A DNA stretch of 58,995 nt from Gemmatimonadota bacterium (GTDB lineage Bacteria; Gemmatimonadota; Gemmatimonadetes; JACCXV01; JAHWKZ01): NCBI GenBank assembly GCA_019347645.1, contig JAHWKZ010000001.1:1-58995 (forward strand), in the 5' to 3' direction. How positions within the stretch are numbered: position 1 is the first letter of the stretch; every line of letters starts with the position of its first letter. The notes under the pieces are model-generated. The model searched no databases. It was given only the letters and a program-made list of their open reading frames with translations, and was not told the origin of the DNA. The position numbers and the translations under genes were made by a program. Shown piece after piece: positions 36,431 through 45,797 of the stretch.

Positions 36431-37345
36431 CTATCGCTCCGGGACCACATTGAAGTAGAAGTGGGCGGTGACCTCGAGGTACGGCTCCGGGAAGTCCGGC
36501 GGGAGAGGCTCGTAGTCGGCCGCGCCCTCGAGGGCGTCGGTGGCCACGTACTGGAGGCCGTCCACCCCCCGATGGTCGAGGAGCTGGAGGGACGTCAACC
36601 GGCCGTCGGGGGCGATCCGGAATCGGACCCGGGTGACCCAGGCGGCCGTGCCGTAGTAGAAGGCCGCGGGCGGGGAGATGTGCTCCTCGACCCTCCGCTT
36701 GAGGCGCTCCATGTACGGGCCCCAGCGCCAGGCGGTCGTGTTGAGGCTGAATTCTTTGTCGTACGCCGCCTGGGTCAGCCGCTGGTCGACCTCCGGCACC
36801 GGAAGCGCCCCGTCGCCCGGCGGCTCGCGCAAGCGCGGGGTGGCCATCGGCAGCGCGAGTCGGGGGTCCACCGCCGGGGAGGCGTTCGATGGCGGCCCGT
36901 CGTCGTCCTCGGCCTCCCGGACGGGCTCGGGGAGGGGCTCCGCCTCGGAGGCGCCCCGGGCGCCGGACGCCGGAGCGCCGCTCGAGCGTGGGGTGGTGGG
37001 CGCCGGCGCCGGGCCAGCCGAGAATGCCGCCCCCTCGGGCCGCTCCGGCGGGGCGTTCGGTTGCGCCGCCCTGGCATCCGTCGACGACAGATCGCTCGGC
37101 TCCTCCGGCGGCTCCGCCTCTACGGGCTGGGGATCCACGAACCGGAAGACCATCGGCTCGTCCGCCTCGGAGAAGGCTTCCTGGTTCCCGACCCCGACGA
37201 AGTCGCGGACGGGTGCCACCAGAGCCGCATGGAGGAGCAACGACGCCGCGAGGGCGATTCGGGAGGATCGATCGTCCAGCATCTTCTGCCTGAGACGATC
37301 AATATACCCCGCGGGTTCCCTGGACCGTACCCGAAGGGAGTCCAC
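36431..37345 (-). CDS. TonB-like energy transducer
   Basis: N-terminal anchor IALAASLLLHAALVAPV, a Pro/Glu/Ala-rich linker, and a C-terminal VTRVRFRIAPDGRLTSLQLLDHRGVDGLQYVATDAL TonB_C-like domain. The start is either GTG 37345 or ATG 37282. Confidence 0.65.
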   Translation of the reverse strand: MDSLRVRSREPAGYIDRLRQKMLDDRSSRIALAASLLLHAALVAPVRDFVGVGNQEAFSEADEPMVFRFVDPQPVEAEPPEEPSDLSSTDARAAQPNAPPERPEGAAFSAGPAPAPTTPRSSGAPASGARGASEAEPLPEPVREAEDDDGPPSNASPAVDPRLALPMATPRLREPPGDGALPVPEVDQRLTQAAYDKEFSLNTTAWRWGPYMERLKRRVEEHISPPAAFYYGTAAWVTRVRFRIAPDGRLTSLQLLDHRGVDGLQYVATDALEGAADYEPLPPDFPEPYLEVTAHFYFNVVPER

Positions 37346-37373
37346 CTCCCGTCGGCGCGCCCCGGGGCCCCGC

Positions 37374-38066
37374 TCAGCCGGAGGTCACGGGGGCCTCGGC
37401 GAGCGACCGCGCGCGCGCGACGGGGCGATGCCGGCGGAGCTCGTTGGCGTCGCCGGTCAGCAGCGTTGCGATGTCGGCCGACGCCATCACCAGGGCCGAG
37501 AGGCCGGCCCAGGCGCGCAGGATGTCGGGACCGGGAGCGATGAAGAGCACCAGGACGGCGGTGTGGGGAGCGACCCCCAGCCAGATCCTCCAGGCCGCGA
37601 CTCCGAGGCGCCCGAGCCGCGCCCTCCACGCCCGTCGCCGCCGGGATCCGACGATCGCCGCCGCGGCGATGAGGGGCGCCGCGACCGCCACGGTCGCGAC
37701 GGCGTAGACGATCGTGACCGGAAGCAGCGCCCACTCGGCCCACCCCCGCCCCACCGGGGCGCGTCCGCCGCCCCGTCCGTTCGCCCGATAGCGGGCCTTC
37801 TGCATCAGCTCGAAGCCGCGGAAGTGACGGACGAGGTAGTCCCGCGCGGCGTTGATCTCCTGGATCTTCCGCGTCGCCCGAGCGCGTTCCTCCACCGTCT
37901 CGAACCGGTCGGGATGGATGCGCCTGGCGCGCGCCCTGTGCGCCCGGTGGACGTCCTCGATCTCGATCGGCGGGAAGAGCCCGAGCGCGCGCAGCGAGTC
38001 GCGATAGCGGACCTCGTCGTACCGGCCGCGCCCGCCCGGCGGGAGCGGTCGGTCGAGCTGCTTCAT
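37374..38066 (-). CDS. membrane-anchored J-domain protein
   Basis: Inner ATG at 38066 (ATGA overlap with the AAA+ stop). J domain with HPD (ARRIHPDRFETVEERARATRKIQEINAARDYL), followed by 3-4 hydrophobic helices. Confidence 0.7.
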   Translation of the reverse strand: MKQLDRPLPPGGRGRYDEVRYRDSLRALGLFPPIEIEDVHRAHRARARRIHPDRFETVEERARATRKIQEINAARDYLVRHFRGFELMQKARYRANGRGGGRAPVGRGWAEWALLPVTIVYAVATVAVAAPLIAAAAIVGSRRRRAWRARLGRLGVAAWRIWLGVAPHTAVLVLFIAPGPDILRAWAGLSALVMASADIATLLTGDANELRRHRPVARARSLAEAPVTSG

Positions 38067-39532
38067 GGCTCGGCGGTCCCGGGGACGGCCGCCCCGGTCG
38101 GCGGAGCCGACGCGGGCGATGCCGACGCGGGCGGAGCCGACGCGGGCGGAGCCCCGCTCTCCGCGTCCCCGACCCCCTCCCCCGGCATGTCCAGGAAATA
38201 GGAGCGGCAGGCGCGGTCCAGCAGGCGGGTCGAGAGGATCGGCTCGACGTCGAGGTACCGGGCCTCGTCGCAGAGGTGGTCGAGCAGGTCGCGCGGGTGG
38301 CACGAACGGGCCGGGATGGACCGCCTCTCGTAGTATTCGCGCCAGATCCAGCGGACGGCGTCCGGCTCGAAGGCGATCTGCCGGGCGATGCATCCCCTGC
38401 GAAAGATCTGCAGGTACTGCTCGAACGTCGGGTCCGGGACGAGGATCTTGTAGTGGATCCGCCGCAGGAAGGCCTCGTCCACGAGCTCGAGCGGATCGAG
38501 GTTCGTGGCGAAGACGAGCAGACAATCGAAAGGCACCGGGAACTTGTGGCCGGTGTGCAACGTCAGGAAGTCGAGGCGCTTCTCGAGCGGCACGATCCAG
38601 CGGTTCAGCAGGTCCCGCGGTCGCACGATCTGCCGCCCGAAATCGTCGATGATCAGGACCCCGCCGTTGGCCTTCACCTGGAAGGGGGCCTGATAGATCT
38701 TCGTGTGCGGATCGTACTGGAGGTCGAGCTGATCGAGCGTCAGCTCTCCGCCGGTGAACACGACCGGCCGGCCGACGCGCGCGAAGCGCCGGTCGTAGGG
38801 AGTGGGCTTCGCGAGCCATTCGGGCTCCTCGTCCGCCGCGGCGGCCGGACCCACCTTGCGGTCCGGCAGCGAAGAGTGGTGGACCGGGTCGTGGACGACC
38901 ATCACGTGGCCGCCGATCTCGACCGCGTAGGGCACGTACAGCTCGCCGCCCATCATCCGCGCGATCGCCTCCGCCAGCGTGGTCTTCCCGTTCCCGCTGT
39001 CGCCGTAGAGGAACATCGACTTGGCCGAGTTCACCGCCGGCCCGATCTGCTCCAGGAAATCGGGATCGAGAACAAGGTGGCTGAAACCGGACTCGATCGC
39101 TTCCCGGTCGAGTCGGGCGTTGCGGATCGAGCCGGCGGCCACCCAGGCGCGGTACTTCTCGAGCGGGACCGGGGCCGGTCCCACGTACTGGCCCGCGGCC
39201 ATCGATTCGCGCGCCCGCTCGCGTCCCTTGGAGGTGAGGTCGAAGGTATAGCCGCCGCGGCCGTGACCCTTGGCGCCGCGGACCTCGAGCAGCATCCGCT
39301 GCTGGAGGTCCTGGAGCCGGTCGTCGAGGATCGAGAACGGGAGCCGGACGTCCTCGACGAGACGTTGCCCCGTCCGCGCGCCCCGGACGTAGAGGGTCTT
39401 GAGCACGAGCTCGGCGACCGTCTCGGCGGAGAGACCGCTCTCCGCCAGCGTCCCCGGCACCTTCGGCGCCTTCTCGGCCGCGAACTGCGGCCGCTGGTTC
39501 AGGCTGGAGCGGGGGCGCGCGTCCAGGGTCAC
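38063..39532 (-). CDS. AAA+ ATPase of unassigned family
   Basis: GTG at 39532 (GTGA overlap with the DUF192 stop). Walker A FLYGDSGNGKTT, Walker B GVLIIDDFGRQ, sensor-like LVFATNL, FLRRIHYKI. C-terminal PPASAPPASASPASAPP repeat tail. Confidence 0.75.
   Translation of the reverse strand: MTLDARPRSSLNQRPQFAAEKAPKVPGTLAESGLSAETVAELVLKTLYVRGARTGQRLVEDVRLPFSILDDRLQDLQQRMLLEVRGAKGHGRGGYTFDLTSKGRERARESMAAGQYVGPAPVPLEKYRAWVAAGSIRNARLDREAIESGFSHLVLDPDFLEQIGPAVNSAKSMFLYGDSGNGKTTLAEAIARMMGGELYVPYAVEIGGHVMVVHDPVHHSSLPDRKVGPAAAADEEPEWLAKPTPYDRRFARVGRPVVFTGGELTLDQLDLQYDPHTKIYQAPFQVKANGGVLIIDDFGRQIVRPRDLLNRWIVPLEKRLDFLTLHTGHKFPVPFDCLLVFATNLDPLELVDEAFLRRIHYKILVPDPTFEQYLQIFRRGCIARQIAFEPDAVRWIWREYYERRSIPARSCHPRDLLDHLCDEARYLDVEPILSTRLLDRACRSYFLDMPGEGVGDAESGAPPASAPPASASPASAPPTGAAVPGTAEP
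38091..38150 (-). repeat. in-frame 15-bp tandem repeat (about 4 units) in the AAA+ C-terminal tail
   Basis: gccgacgcgggcgat / gccgacgcgggcgga / gccgacgcgggcgga at 38106-38150, preceded by a diverged unit at 38091-38105. Encodes SAPPA-type pentapeptides. Confidence 0.7.
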
Positions 39533-39885
39533 GCCGCCTCCGACCACGACAGGTGGTCCCCGAGCAGCGTGCCCGTGGAACCGAGCGTGCCTTCGGGCAG
39601 CTCGAGCGCGAACCGGGCCTCCCCGTGCCACTTCGAACGCGCTCCGGGCGCCAGTCCGCGGTAGAGGGCCACGACCTCCCGCTCCTCGTCCATGAACGCG
39701 ACGTCGATCGGATACCGCATGCCGTACATGTGGACCCCCCGACAGGGGACCATCAACAGACCCTGCCCCTCCTCCAGTGGGCCGTGACCGATCAGTCCCC
39801 GGAGTCGCGGCCACCACCAGTCGGCCAGGTCCACCTGCTCCCCCAGGACCGACCCCCGGGTCTCGTTGACGACTTTCAAAGCCAT
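39529..39885 (-). CDS. DUF192 (COG1430) family protein
   Basis: Inner ATG at 39885: [33 protein letters not shown]...[25 protein letters not shown]. The ATG shares one base with the tadC TGA. Confidence 0.65.
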   Translation of the reverse strand: MALKVVNETRGSVLGEQVDLADWWWPRLRGLIGHGPLEEGQGLLMVPCRGVHMYGMRYPIDVAFMDEEREVVALYRGLAPGARSKWHGEARFALELPEGTLGSTGTLLGDHLSWSEAA

Positions 39886-40814
39886 CACATCAGATCCTTC
39901 ATCTGGGCCAGGATGTGGAGGATCGCCGGCCCGAGGATGACCACGAACATGGCCGGGAAGATGAACAGGACCAGCGGGAAAACCAGCTTGATGGTCGTCT
40001 TCGCCGCCGCCTCCTCGGCCCGCTGGCGGCGCTTCGTCCGCAGCGTGTCGGAGTGGACGCGCAGCGCGGTGGCGACCGAGGTCCCGAACCGGTCGGTCTG
40101 GATCAGCATCGCGGTCAGCGCCTTCAGATCTCCGACCCCGGTCCTCTCGCCGAGGTTGCGGAGCGCCTCGTCCCGGGGCGTACCGTGGCGGATCTCGAAG
40201 TTGGTGAGCATCAGCTCCTCGGCCATCGTCCGGCTCACGTGCTCGATCTCCTCGGAGACCCGCACCAGCGCCTGGTTGAGTCCGAGCCCGGCCTCGACGC
40301 AGACGACCAGCAGGTCGAGCGAGTCGGCCAGCGCCTTCTGGAGCTCGCCCTGGCGCTTGCGGGTGCGGCGCTTGATCGCGTAACGGGGCAGGATCCACCC
40401 GCCGAGCGCCGCGACGCCGGTCACGAGCAGGATCACCCCCGGCCTGGCGCCGAGGATCGTGGCGCCGAAGAAGCCGGCTGCGGCCAGGATCGCGACGGCC
40501 GTAAAGCGGAGCGCCACGTACACGGGGACGGCGGACGGACGGCGATAGCCGGCCTGGACCAGCATTCGCTGGATCTCGCTCCAGTCGATCTTTTTGCTCG
40601 CGACCTTCTCCCCGAACGCCTCCAGCAGCGACTCAAGTCGTTCGCGCTTCTCCTGACGGCGGCGACGTTGCAGCGCGTAGTGCCGGCTCGCGCCCGACTC
40701 GAGTTCGGCGAGGCGCTTCCCGATCGCCCGCGAGCGCGCCGGGGCGAGCGTGGCGACGCTGTAGACGAGCGTCACCACGGACATCATGACCAGAGCGACG
40801 ATGAGATAGACCAT
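39885..40814 (-). CDS. tadC: Flp pilus assembly platform protein TadC (T2SS F family)
   Basis: 309 aa; [22 protein letters not shown] and [19 protein letters not shown]; AGGAG RBS. Confidence 0.88.
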   Translation of the reverse strand: MVYLIVALVMMSVVTLVYSVATLAPARSRAIGKRLAELESGASRHYALQRRRRQEKRERLESLLEAFGEKVASKKIDWSEIQRMLVQAGYRRPSAVPVYVALRFTAVAILAAAGFFGATILGARPGVILLVTGVAALGGWILPRYAIKRRTRKRQGELQKALADSLDLLVVCVEAGLGLNQALVRVSEEIEHVSRTMAEELMLTNFEIRHGTPRDEALRNLGERTGVGDLKALTAMLIQTDRFGTSVATALRVHSDTLRTKRRQRAEEAAAKTTIKLVFPLVLFIFPAMFVVILGPAILHILAQMKDLM

Positions 40815-40826
40815 GGCCCGCGACTC

Positions 40827-41816
40827 CTAGATCTCGATGTCGATGATCCGTCGGATCGCGAAGAATCCGACCACCTGCAGGAGCAGCGCGACCGAGATCA
40901 TCATCCGCCCCGTAGGCTCGGTGAAGAGGATCGACATGTACTCGTGGTTCATGATCCCGATCAATGCGCCGACGCCGATCGGCAGCACGGCAAGCAGATA
41001 GCCGGTGAAACGGCCCTGGGCGGTGTAGACCCGGACCTGTCGCTGGATGGTGAACCGCTCCCGGATCGTATGGGCGATCTTGTCCAGGATCTCGGCGAGG
41101 TTCCCCCCGACCTCGCGCTGGATCAGCAGCGCGGTGACGAAGATCCGCATGTCGAGCAGGTCGATCCGGTCGGCGAGGGCCAGCATCGAGTCCTCGATGG
41201 AGAGGCCGAATCGCTGTTCCTCGAAGACCCGGCGGAACTCGGCGGAGACGGGCTCGGGGCTCTCCTCGGCGACCATCCCGAGCCCGGTCGAGAAGGCGTG
41301 CCCAGCCCGGATCGCCCGGCCCAGCAGGTCGATCGCCTCGGGGAAGTGCTCCTCGAAGCGCTCGATTCGCTTCGCCTTCTTGCGCTTCACGTACAGGTAG
41401 GGCAGAGTGGCGCCGAACGCGGCCGCGGCCAGGGCCACGATCGCGAGTTTCGTCATCACCCAGGCGGCCAGGCCGAAGCCGACGGCCCCTCCCACCGTGT
41501 ACAGGACGAAGGAGCCGACGCGCCAGTCGAGGTCGGCCTGATCGATCAGGTGCTGGAGGTCCCGGGCGTGGGGGAGCCGCGCCACGAGCGGCTTGAGCCA
41601 CCTCACGTCCGTCAGCTCCTCGTCGCGGAACAGGTCCCCGAAGGGATCCCCCTCCTTCCGGGGACCCTCTCCGGTCAGGCCGCCGAGCCGGTCGACGATC
41701 TCCTTGCGCCGCCTCCGGTCGACCCACCACTCCCACAGGAAGACCAGCGAGAGGACCCCCAGGGCCACCGCCGCGAAGACCAGGATCGCCGGAGCGAGGT
41801 TCGCCGGCGCGCTCAC
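40827..41816 (-). CDS. tadB: Flp pilus assembly platform protein TadB (T2SS F family)
   Basis: GTG at 41816 (GTGA overlap with the tadA stop). [34 protein letters not shown]. Confidence 0.88.
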   Translation of the reverse strand: MSAPANLAPAILVFAAVALGVLSLVFLWEWWVDRRRRKEIVDRLGGLTGEGPRKEGDPFGDLFRDEELTDVRWLKPLVARLPHARDLQHLIDQADLDWRVGSFVLYTVGGAVGFGLAAWVMTKLAIVALAAAAFGATLPYLYVKRKKAKRIERFEEHFPEAIDLLGRAIRAGHAFSTGLGMVAEESPEPVSAEFRRVFEEQRFGLSIEDSMLALADRIDLLDMRIFVTALLIQREVGGNLAEILDKIAHTIRERFTIQRQVRVYTAQGRFTGYLLAVLPIGVGALIGIMNHEYMSILFTEPTGRMMISVALLLQVVGFFAIRRIIDIEI

Positions 41817-43354
41817 CGCTCCGCCCCGGCGAAGAACTCGGCGTTGGAGAACAGCCCCGCCGGAAGGTCGATGCCGCTGGTGCGCAGCCGCTCGCCGAAC
41901 CGCGGACGGATCCCGGTTGCCTTGAACCGGCCCAGGACCCTTCCGTCCTCGTCGATCCCCTGCCGCTCGAAGGTGAAGATCTCCTGCATGGTGATGATGT
42001 CCCCCTCCATCCCGACGATCTCCGAGATCGACGACAGCTTCCGTCTCCCGTCGGAGAGACGCGAGACCTGGAGCACCACGTCGATCGCCGCGGCGATCTG
42101 CTGGCGCATCGCCTTCTCGGGGAGATTGAGGTTGGCCATCGAGATCATCGTCTCCAGACGGCTGAGCGCGTCCCGCGGGCTGTTGGCGTGGAGGGTCGTC
42201 AACGAGCCGTCGTGGCCGGTGTTCATCGCTTGCAGCATGTCGACCGCCTCCGACCCGCGAACCTCGCCCACGATGATCCGGTCCGGCCGCATCCGCAGCG
42301 CGTTGATCACCAGCTGACGGGCCGTGACCTGCCCCTGCCCCTCGACGTTCGGCGGGCGCGTCTCGCACCGGACCACGTGCGGCTGGCGGAGCTGGAGCTC
42401 GGCCGAGTCCTCGATGGTCACGATCCGCTCGTCGGGCGGGATCGACGACGACAGGACGTTGAGCAGCGTCGTCTTCCCGGCGCCGGTGCCGCCGGAGATC
42501 AGCACGTTCAGCCGGGCCTTCACGATCCCCTGCATGAGCTCCAGCATCGCCGCGGTCAACGTCTCGTAGCGGAGCAGGTCCTCGGCGGAGAGCGCGTCGG
42601 TCTTGAACTTCCGGATCGAGACGTGGGGCCCATCCACCGCCAGCGGCGGGATGATCGCGTTGACGCGCGAGCCGTCGGCCAGGCGGGCGTCGACCATCGG
42701 GCTCGAGTCGTCGATCCGCCGGCCCACCGCCGAGACGATCCGATCGATCACCTGAAGCAGGTGCTTGTTGTCCTTGAACCGGACGTCGGTCCGCTGGAGC
42801 CGGCCGTCCCGCTCGATGAAGACGCGGTCGTAGGTGTTCACCAGGATGTCGGAGACCGACGGGTCCTGCAGCAGCGGCTCGAGGGGCCCGAGGCCGAAGA
42901 TCTCGTTCAGGACCTGCTCGACGAGCGATTCGCGCTCCTCGAAGTTGAGCGGCGCCGATTCGCGGGCCAGGAGGTCCTGGACGACCTTGCGGATCTCGGA
43001 CACGACCATGTCCCGGTCGTGGGAGTCGAGGTTCGAGAGGTTCAGCCGGTCGACGAGCTGTTTGTGGATCCGGCCCTTGATGTCGTGGATGACGCTGCCG
43101 TCGTCGTCGGTTTCGTGCGAGGCGCGCCGGCGCTCCGAGAGTCTCGGTGGAGGCGGGTCCGCGGCGCCTGCGAGCGGTCCGTTCCCTTCCTCCCGGGTCC
43201 GCTCCTCGGCTTCCTCGGAGACGAAGGCCGGAACTCCCTCCTCCTCCTCGACGTCGTCGGGCGACTCGGGCGGCTCCCACGGGAGTCGGTCACGGTTGAC
43301 CTCCCCATCGTCACCGAACAGGGGCACCGAATACGGATCGTGATCGTTCGTCAC
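41813..43354 (-). CDS. tadA: Tad/Cpa secretion ATPase (CpaF/TadA)
   Basis: GTG at 43354 (GTGA overlap with the tadZ stop). [54 protein letters not shown]. Confidence 0.93.
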   Translation of the reverse strand: MTNDHDPYSVPLFGDDGEVNRDRLPWEPPESPDDVEEEEGVPAFVSEEAEERTREEGNGPLAGAADPPPPRLSERRRASHETDDDGSVIHDIKGRIHKQLVDRLNLSNLDSHDRDMVVSEIRKVVQDLLARESAPLNFEERESLVEQVLNEIFGLGPLEPLLQDPSVSDILVNTYDRVFIERDGRLQRTDVRFKDNKHLLQVIDRIVSAVGRRIDDSSPMVDARLADGSRVNAIIPPLAVDGPHVSIRKFKTDALSAEDLLRYETLTAAMLELMQGIVKARLNVLISGGTGAGKTTLLNVLSSSIPPDERIVTIEDSAELQLRQPHVVRCETRPPNVEGQGQVTARQLVINALRMRPDRIIVGEVRGSEAVDMLQAMNTGHDGSLTTLHANSPRDALSRLETMISMANLNLPEKAMRQQIAAAIDVVLQVSRLSDGRRKLSSISEIVGMEGDIITMQEIFTFERQGIDEDGRVLGRFKATGIRPRFGERLRTSGIDLPAGLFSNAEFFAGAER

Positions 43355-44634
43355 GATTCACCTCCGACCACAGCGGGTGGGGGAAGAAGGAACGCGTCCT
43401 CGATCTCCTGGTCCATCCCGAGCATCGTCTTCATCCGGTCCACCGAGCGGGCGAGCCAGCCCCGCTTCCTCGGGACGGCGCCGGGCACGCCGGCGATCTT
43501 CGCGCCCAGTGCCTGGAGCTCCTCGGAGTAGAGCGACTTGTCGTCGAGGAGCACGGGGCGGCCGGTGTTGATCGCGTAGATGACTGCCTCGTAGTCGTTG
43601 GGCAACGTCCAGTAGACGTCCATGTCCAGCGCCCGCTCGACGTCGTCGAGGGTGATGTCGTTGTCCGGCTGATAGCGGTTGACGATCAGACGGACCTCGT
43701 GGCCCTTCTCGCTCATCCGCTCGAGCAGATGCTGCGCGCGCTGGATGTTCCTGAGCGACGGCAGGTCGACGTTGGCGACGAGGTACACCTCGTCGGCCAG
43801 GTCGAACGTCGCCAGGGTGCGAGCCGTGAAGGAGTTCGAGGTGTCGACCACCACGTAGTCGTAGTGCTGGCGGAGGAAGTGGAGGATCTGGCGGATCTGA
43901 TCCGCCGTCACCGCCTCCGCCTTCTCGGGATGGTACGGCGCGGAGAGGACGTGGACGCCCGTATCGTGGCACTCGATGAACGAGGCCAGGAGTCCGGCGT
44001 CCATCCGATGGACGTTCTTGGCCAGGTCGACGAAGTTGAACCGCGGCTCGATTCCCAGGAACAGCGCGCTCTCGCCGAGCTCGAGGTCGAGGTCGACGAC
44101 CACGGTCTTCTTGCCGGTCAGGCGTTGCATCTGGATGGCCAGGTTTGTGGCCACCGTGGTCGAGCCGGCGCCCCCCTTGGCCGCGAAGAACGCCAGCAGC
44201 TTGCCGGGCTGGCGCGGACCGCTGCCGTTCGCCCCTCCGACCATCTTCTTCCGCGCGCGGGTCACCGCCGCGGCCAGCGACTCCACGGTGACGGGCTTCG
44301 GCAGATAATCGCCGATCCCCGCCTGCATCGCCTGCATCAGGAACTCGGGCGACCCCTCGCCCCCGGCGGCGATCATGCGTCTCTTGGGGTTCGTCTCGGC
44401 GAGGAACTGGGCCAGCTTCACGCCCAGGACCGGGTCTTCCTCGAGGTCGAGGAAGATCAGCTCGGGATCGACGTACCGGAGCTCCTCGAGATGGCCGTGG
44501 CTGATCTTCTTGAACGGCACCACGATCTCGAACTCGATGTCGATCGGGTGGTCGGCGTCGATCCCCTCCCGGACCGCGGTCCGGAAGTCCCCGTCCGTCG
44601 ACACGATCGCGGCGCGTATGGCCTGGCTTTCCAT
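43351..44634 (-). CDS. tadZ: TadZ/CpaE: atypical receiver domain fused to a ParA/MinD-like ATPase
   Basis: Inner ATG at 44634 with GAGGAG RBS. Receiver-like N-terminus, then [18 protein letters not shown] deviant Walker A. Confidence 0.88.
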   Translation of the reverse strand: MESQAIRAAIVSTDGDFRTAVREGIDADHPIDIEFEIVVPFKKISHGHLEELRYVDPELIFLDLEEDPVLGVKLAQFLAETNPKRRMIAAGGEGSPEFLMQAMQAGIGDYLPKPVTVESLAAAVTRARKKMVGGANGSGPRQPGKLLAFFAAKGGAGSTTVATNLAIQMQRLTGKKTVVVDLDLELGESALFLGIEPRFNFVDLAKNVHRMDAGLLASFIECHDTGVHVLSAPYHPEKAEAVTADQIRQILHFLRQHYDYVVVDTSNSFTARTLATFDLADEVYLVANVDLPSLRNIQRAQHLLERMSEKGHEVRLIVNRYQPDNDITLDDVERALDMDVYWTLPNDYEAVIYAINTGRPVLLDDKSLYSEELQALGAKIAGVPGAVPRKRGWLARSVDRMKTMLGMDQEIEDAFLLPPPAVVGGES

Positions 44635-44648
44635 GTTTGCTCCTCTGC

Positions 44649-45797
44649 TTACTCGACGAGGCGGACGAACTTCACCTCGGGGCCCTCGGTGGCGCCGCCG
44701 AGGCCGTCGGAACCCACGCCGACTCCCGTGGCGAACAGAAAGCGTCCCACCACGTCCTTCCCCTTCATCTCCTCGACCCAGAACGCCGTGATGTTGTTGA
44801 AGACGATCGGCTTCTTGCCGGGGTCCACGGGTTGGGTCGGGTCGAACAGCGGAATGTTGGCGACCCGGGGGCTCGCCTTCCACGGCACATATCGGCTGTT
44901 CACCACGCTGTCGGCGGCGAGATCCCAGCTGGCGTCCGGATCCTGGTCGATGAGGTCCTCGACTCCCTGACGCGTGGGTCCGGTCATGTTGCCGTTCTCG
45001 ACCATGTACGCCTCTCCCAACCGGATCACCGAGGTGTTGCAGTTGGCGATGTTCCAGCGGTACCGAGACGCCCCGGTCGCGGGCGACCCGGACACCTGGG
45101 GGACGTCCCACGGGAAGTACCAGGAGGGGACGATCGCTTCCTGCGGCGTCCCCTCCTTGAGGACGATCGGACGACCGAAGTCGTCCTCGTACGTCGTCCC
45201 GTCGGGATCCACCCCGTTCTGCGAGGGCTGGCCGTTTCGGAAGTCGGACCCGTAGCCGGTGTCGGTCGGGTGGTAGTACTCGCCCGAGTCGTACCGATCG
45301 TCGAGGTCGACGTCGTCCCAGGCGTCGGGAACCGCGAAGGGCTTCAGGCACGTGGCGGCCCCGGCCGGCGACGCCTCGGCGGTGGCGCGCGCCGCGACGT
45401 CGACTTCGTCCACGCCGAAGACTCGCGCGAACCAGGTCGCTACGGCGAGCCCGCGATCGGCCGTGCGACGGACCGTCACGGTGACCCGCATGCGAGGCAC
45501 GTCGACCTCCACGTCCTCGGGGACGAGCGCCACCGCGTCCTTCCGGACCGAGTTCGCCGCCGCGTACTGGACCGCGATGTCGCGGGCTCGCTGTTCGTTG
45601 TCCGGCGCTTCGATGAACGAGGCCGCTCCGGCGAGGGCGGCCGAGTCCGCCGCCCGCTGGGCCTCGCCGCGGGCGGTGAACAGCATGCCGAGGTCGATCG
45701 CGAGGGCGAGGATGGACAGCAGCGCCGTCATCGCCACCGCCGCGAGGACGATCGTCGAACCCCGCTCGTCGCGCAGGAGGGACGTCGGCCGCTTCAC
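44649..45797 (-). CDS. tadG: TadG-like pilus assembly protein
   Basis: GTG at 45797 (GTGA overlap with the cpaC stop). ERGSTIVLAAVAMTALLSILALAIDLGMLFTARGEAQRAADSAALAGA is a Tad_N-type N-terminus. Confidence 0.75.
   Translation of the reverse strand: MKRPTSLLRDERGSTIVLAAVAMTALLSILALAIDLGMLFTARGEAQRAADSAALAGAASFIEAPDNEQRARDIAVQYAAANSVRKDAVALVPEDVEVDVPRMRVTVTVRRTADRGLAVATWFARVFGVDEVDVAARATAEASPAGAATCLKPFAVPDAWDDVDLDDRYDSGEYYHPTDTGYGSDFRNGQPSQNGVDPDGTTYEDDFGRPIVLKEGTPQEAIVPSWYFPWDVPQVSGSPATGASRYRWNIANCNTSVIRLGEAYMVENGNMTGPTRQGVEDLIDQDPDASWDLAADSVVNSRYVPWKASPRVANIPLFDPTQPVDPGKKPIVFNNITAFWVEEMKGKDVVGRFLFATGVGVGSDGLGGATEGPEVKFVRLVE

Noticed and set aside
19658-45351. N-terminal extensions of track ORFs (19658..22984, 21853..23505, 23584..26088, 38063..39817, 40827..43280, 43351..45351, 14556..16433 and others).
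   Set aside because: The extensions overlap the complete upstream gene in another frame and are Arg/Pro-rich. The recognisable protein begins at an internal GTG/ATG that overlaps the upstream stop or follows an RBS.
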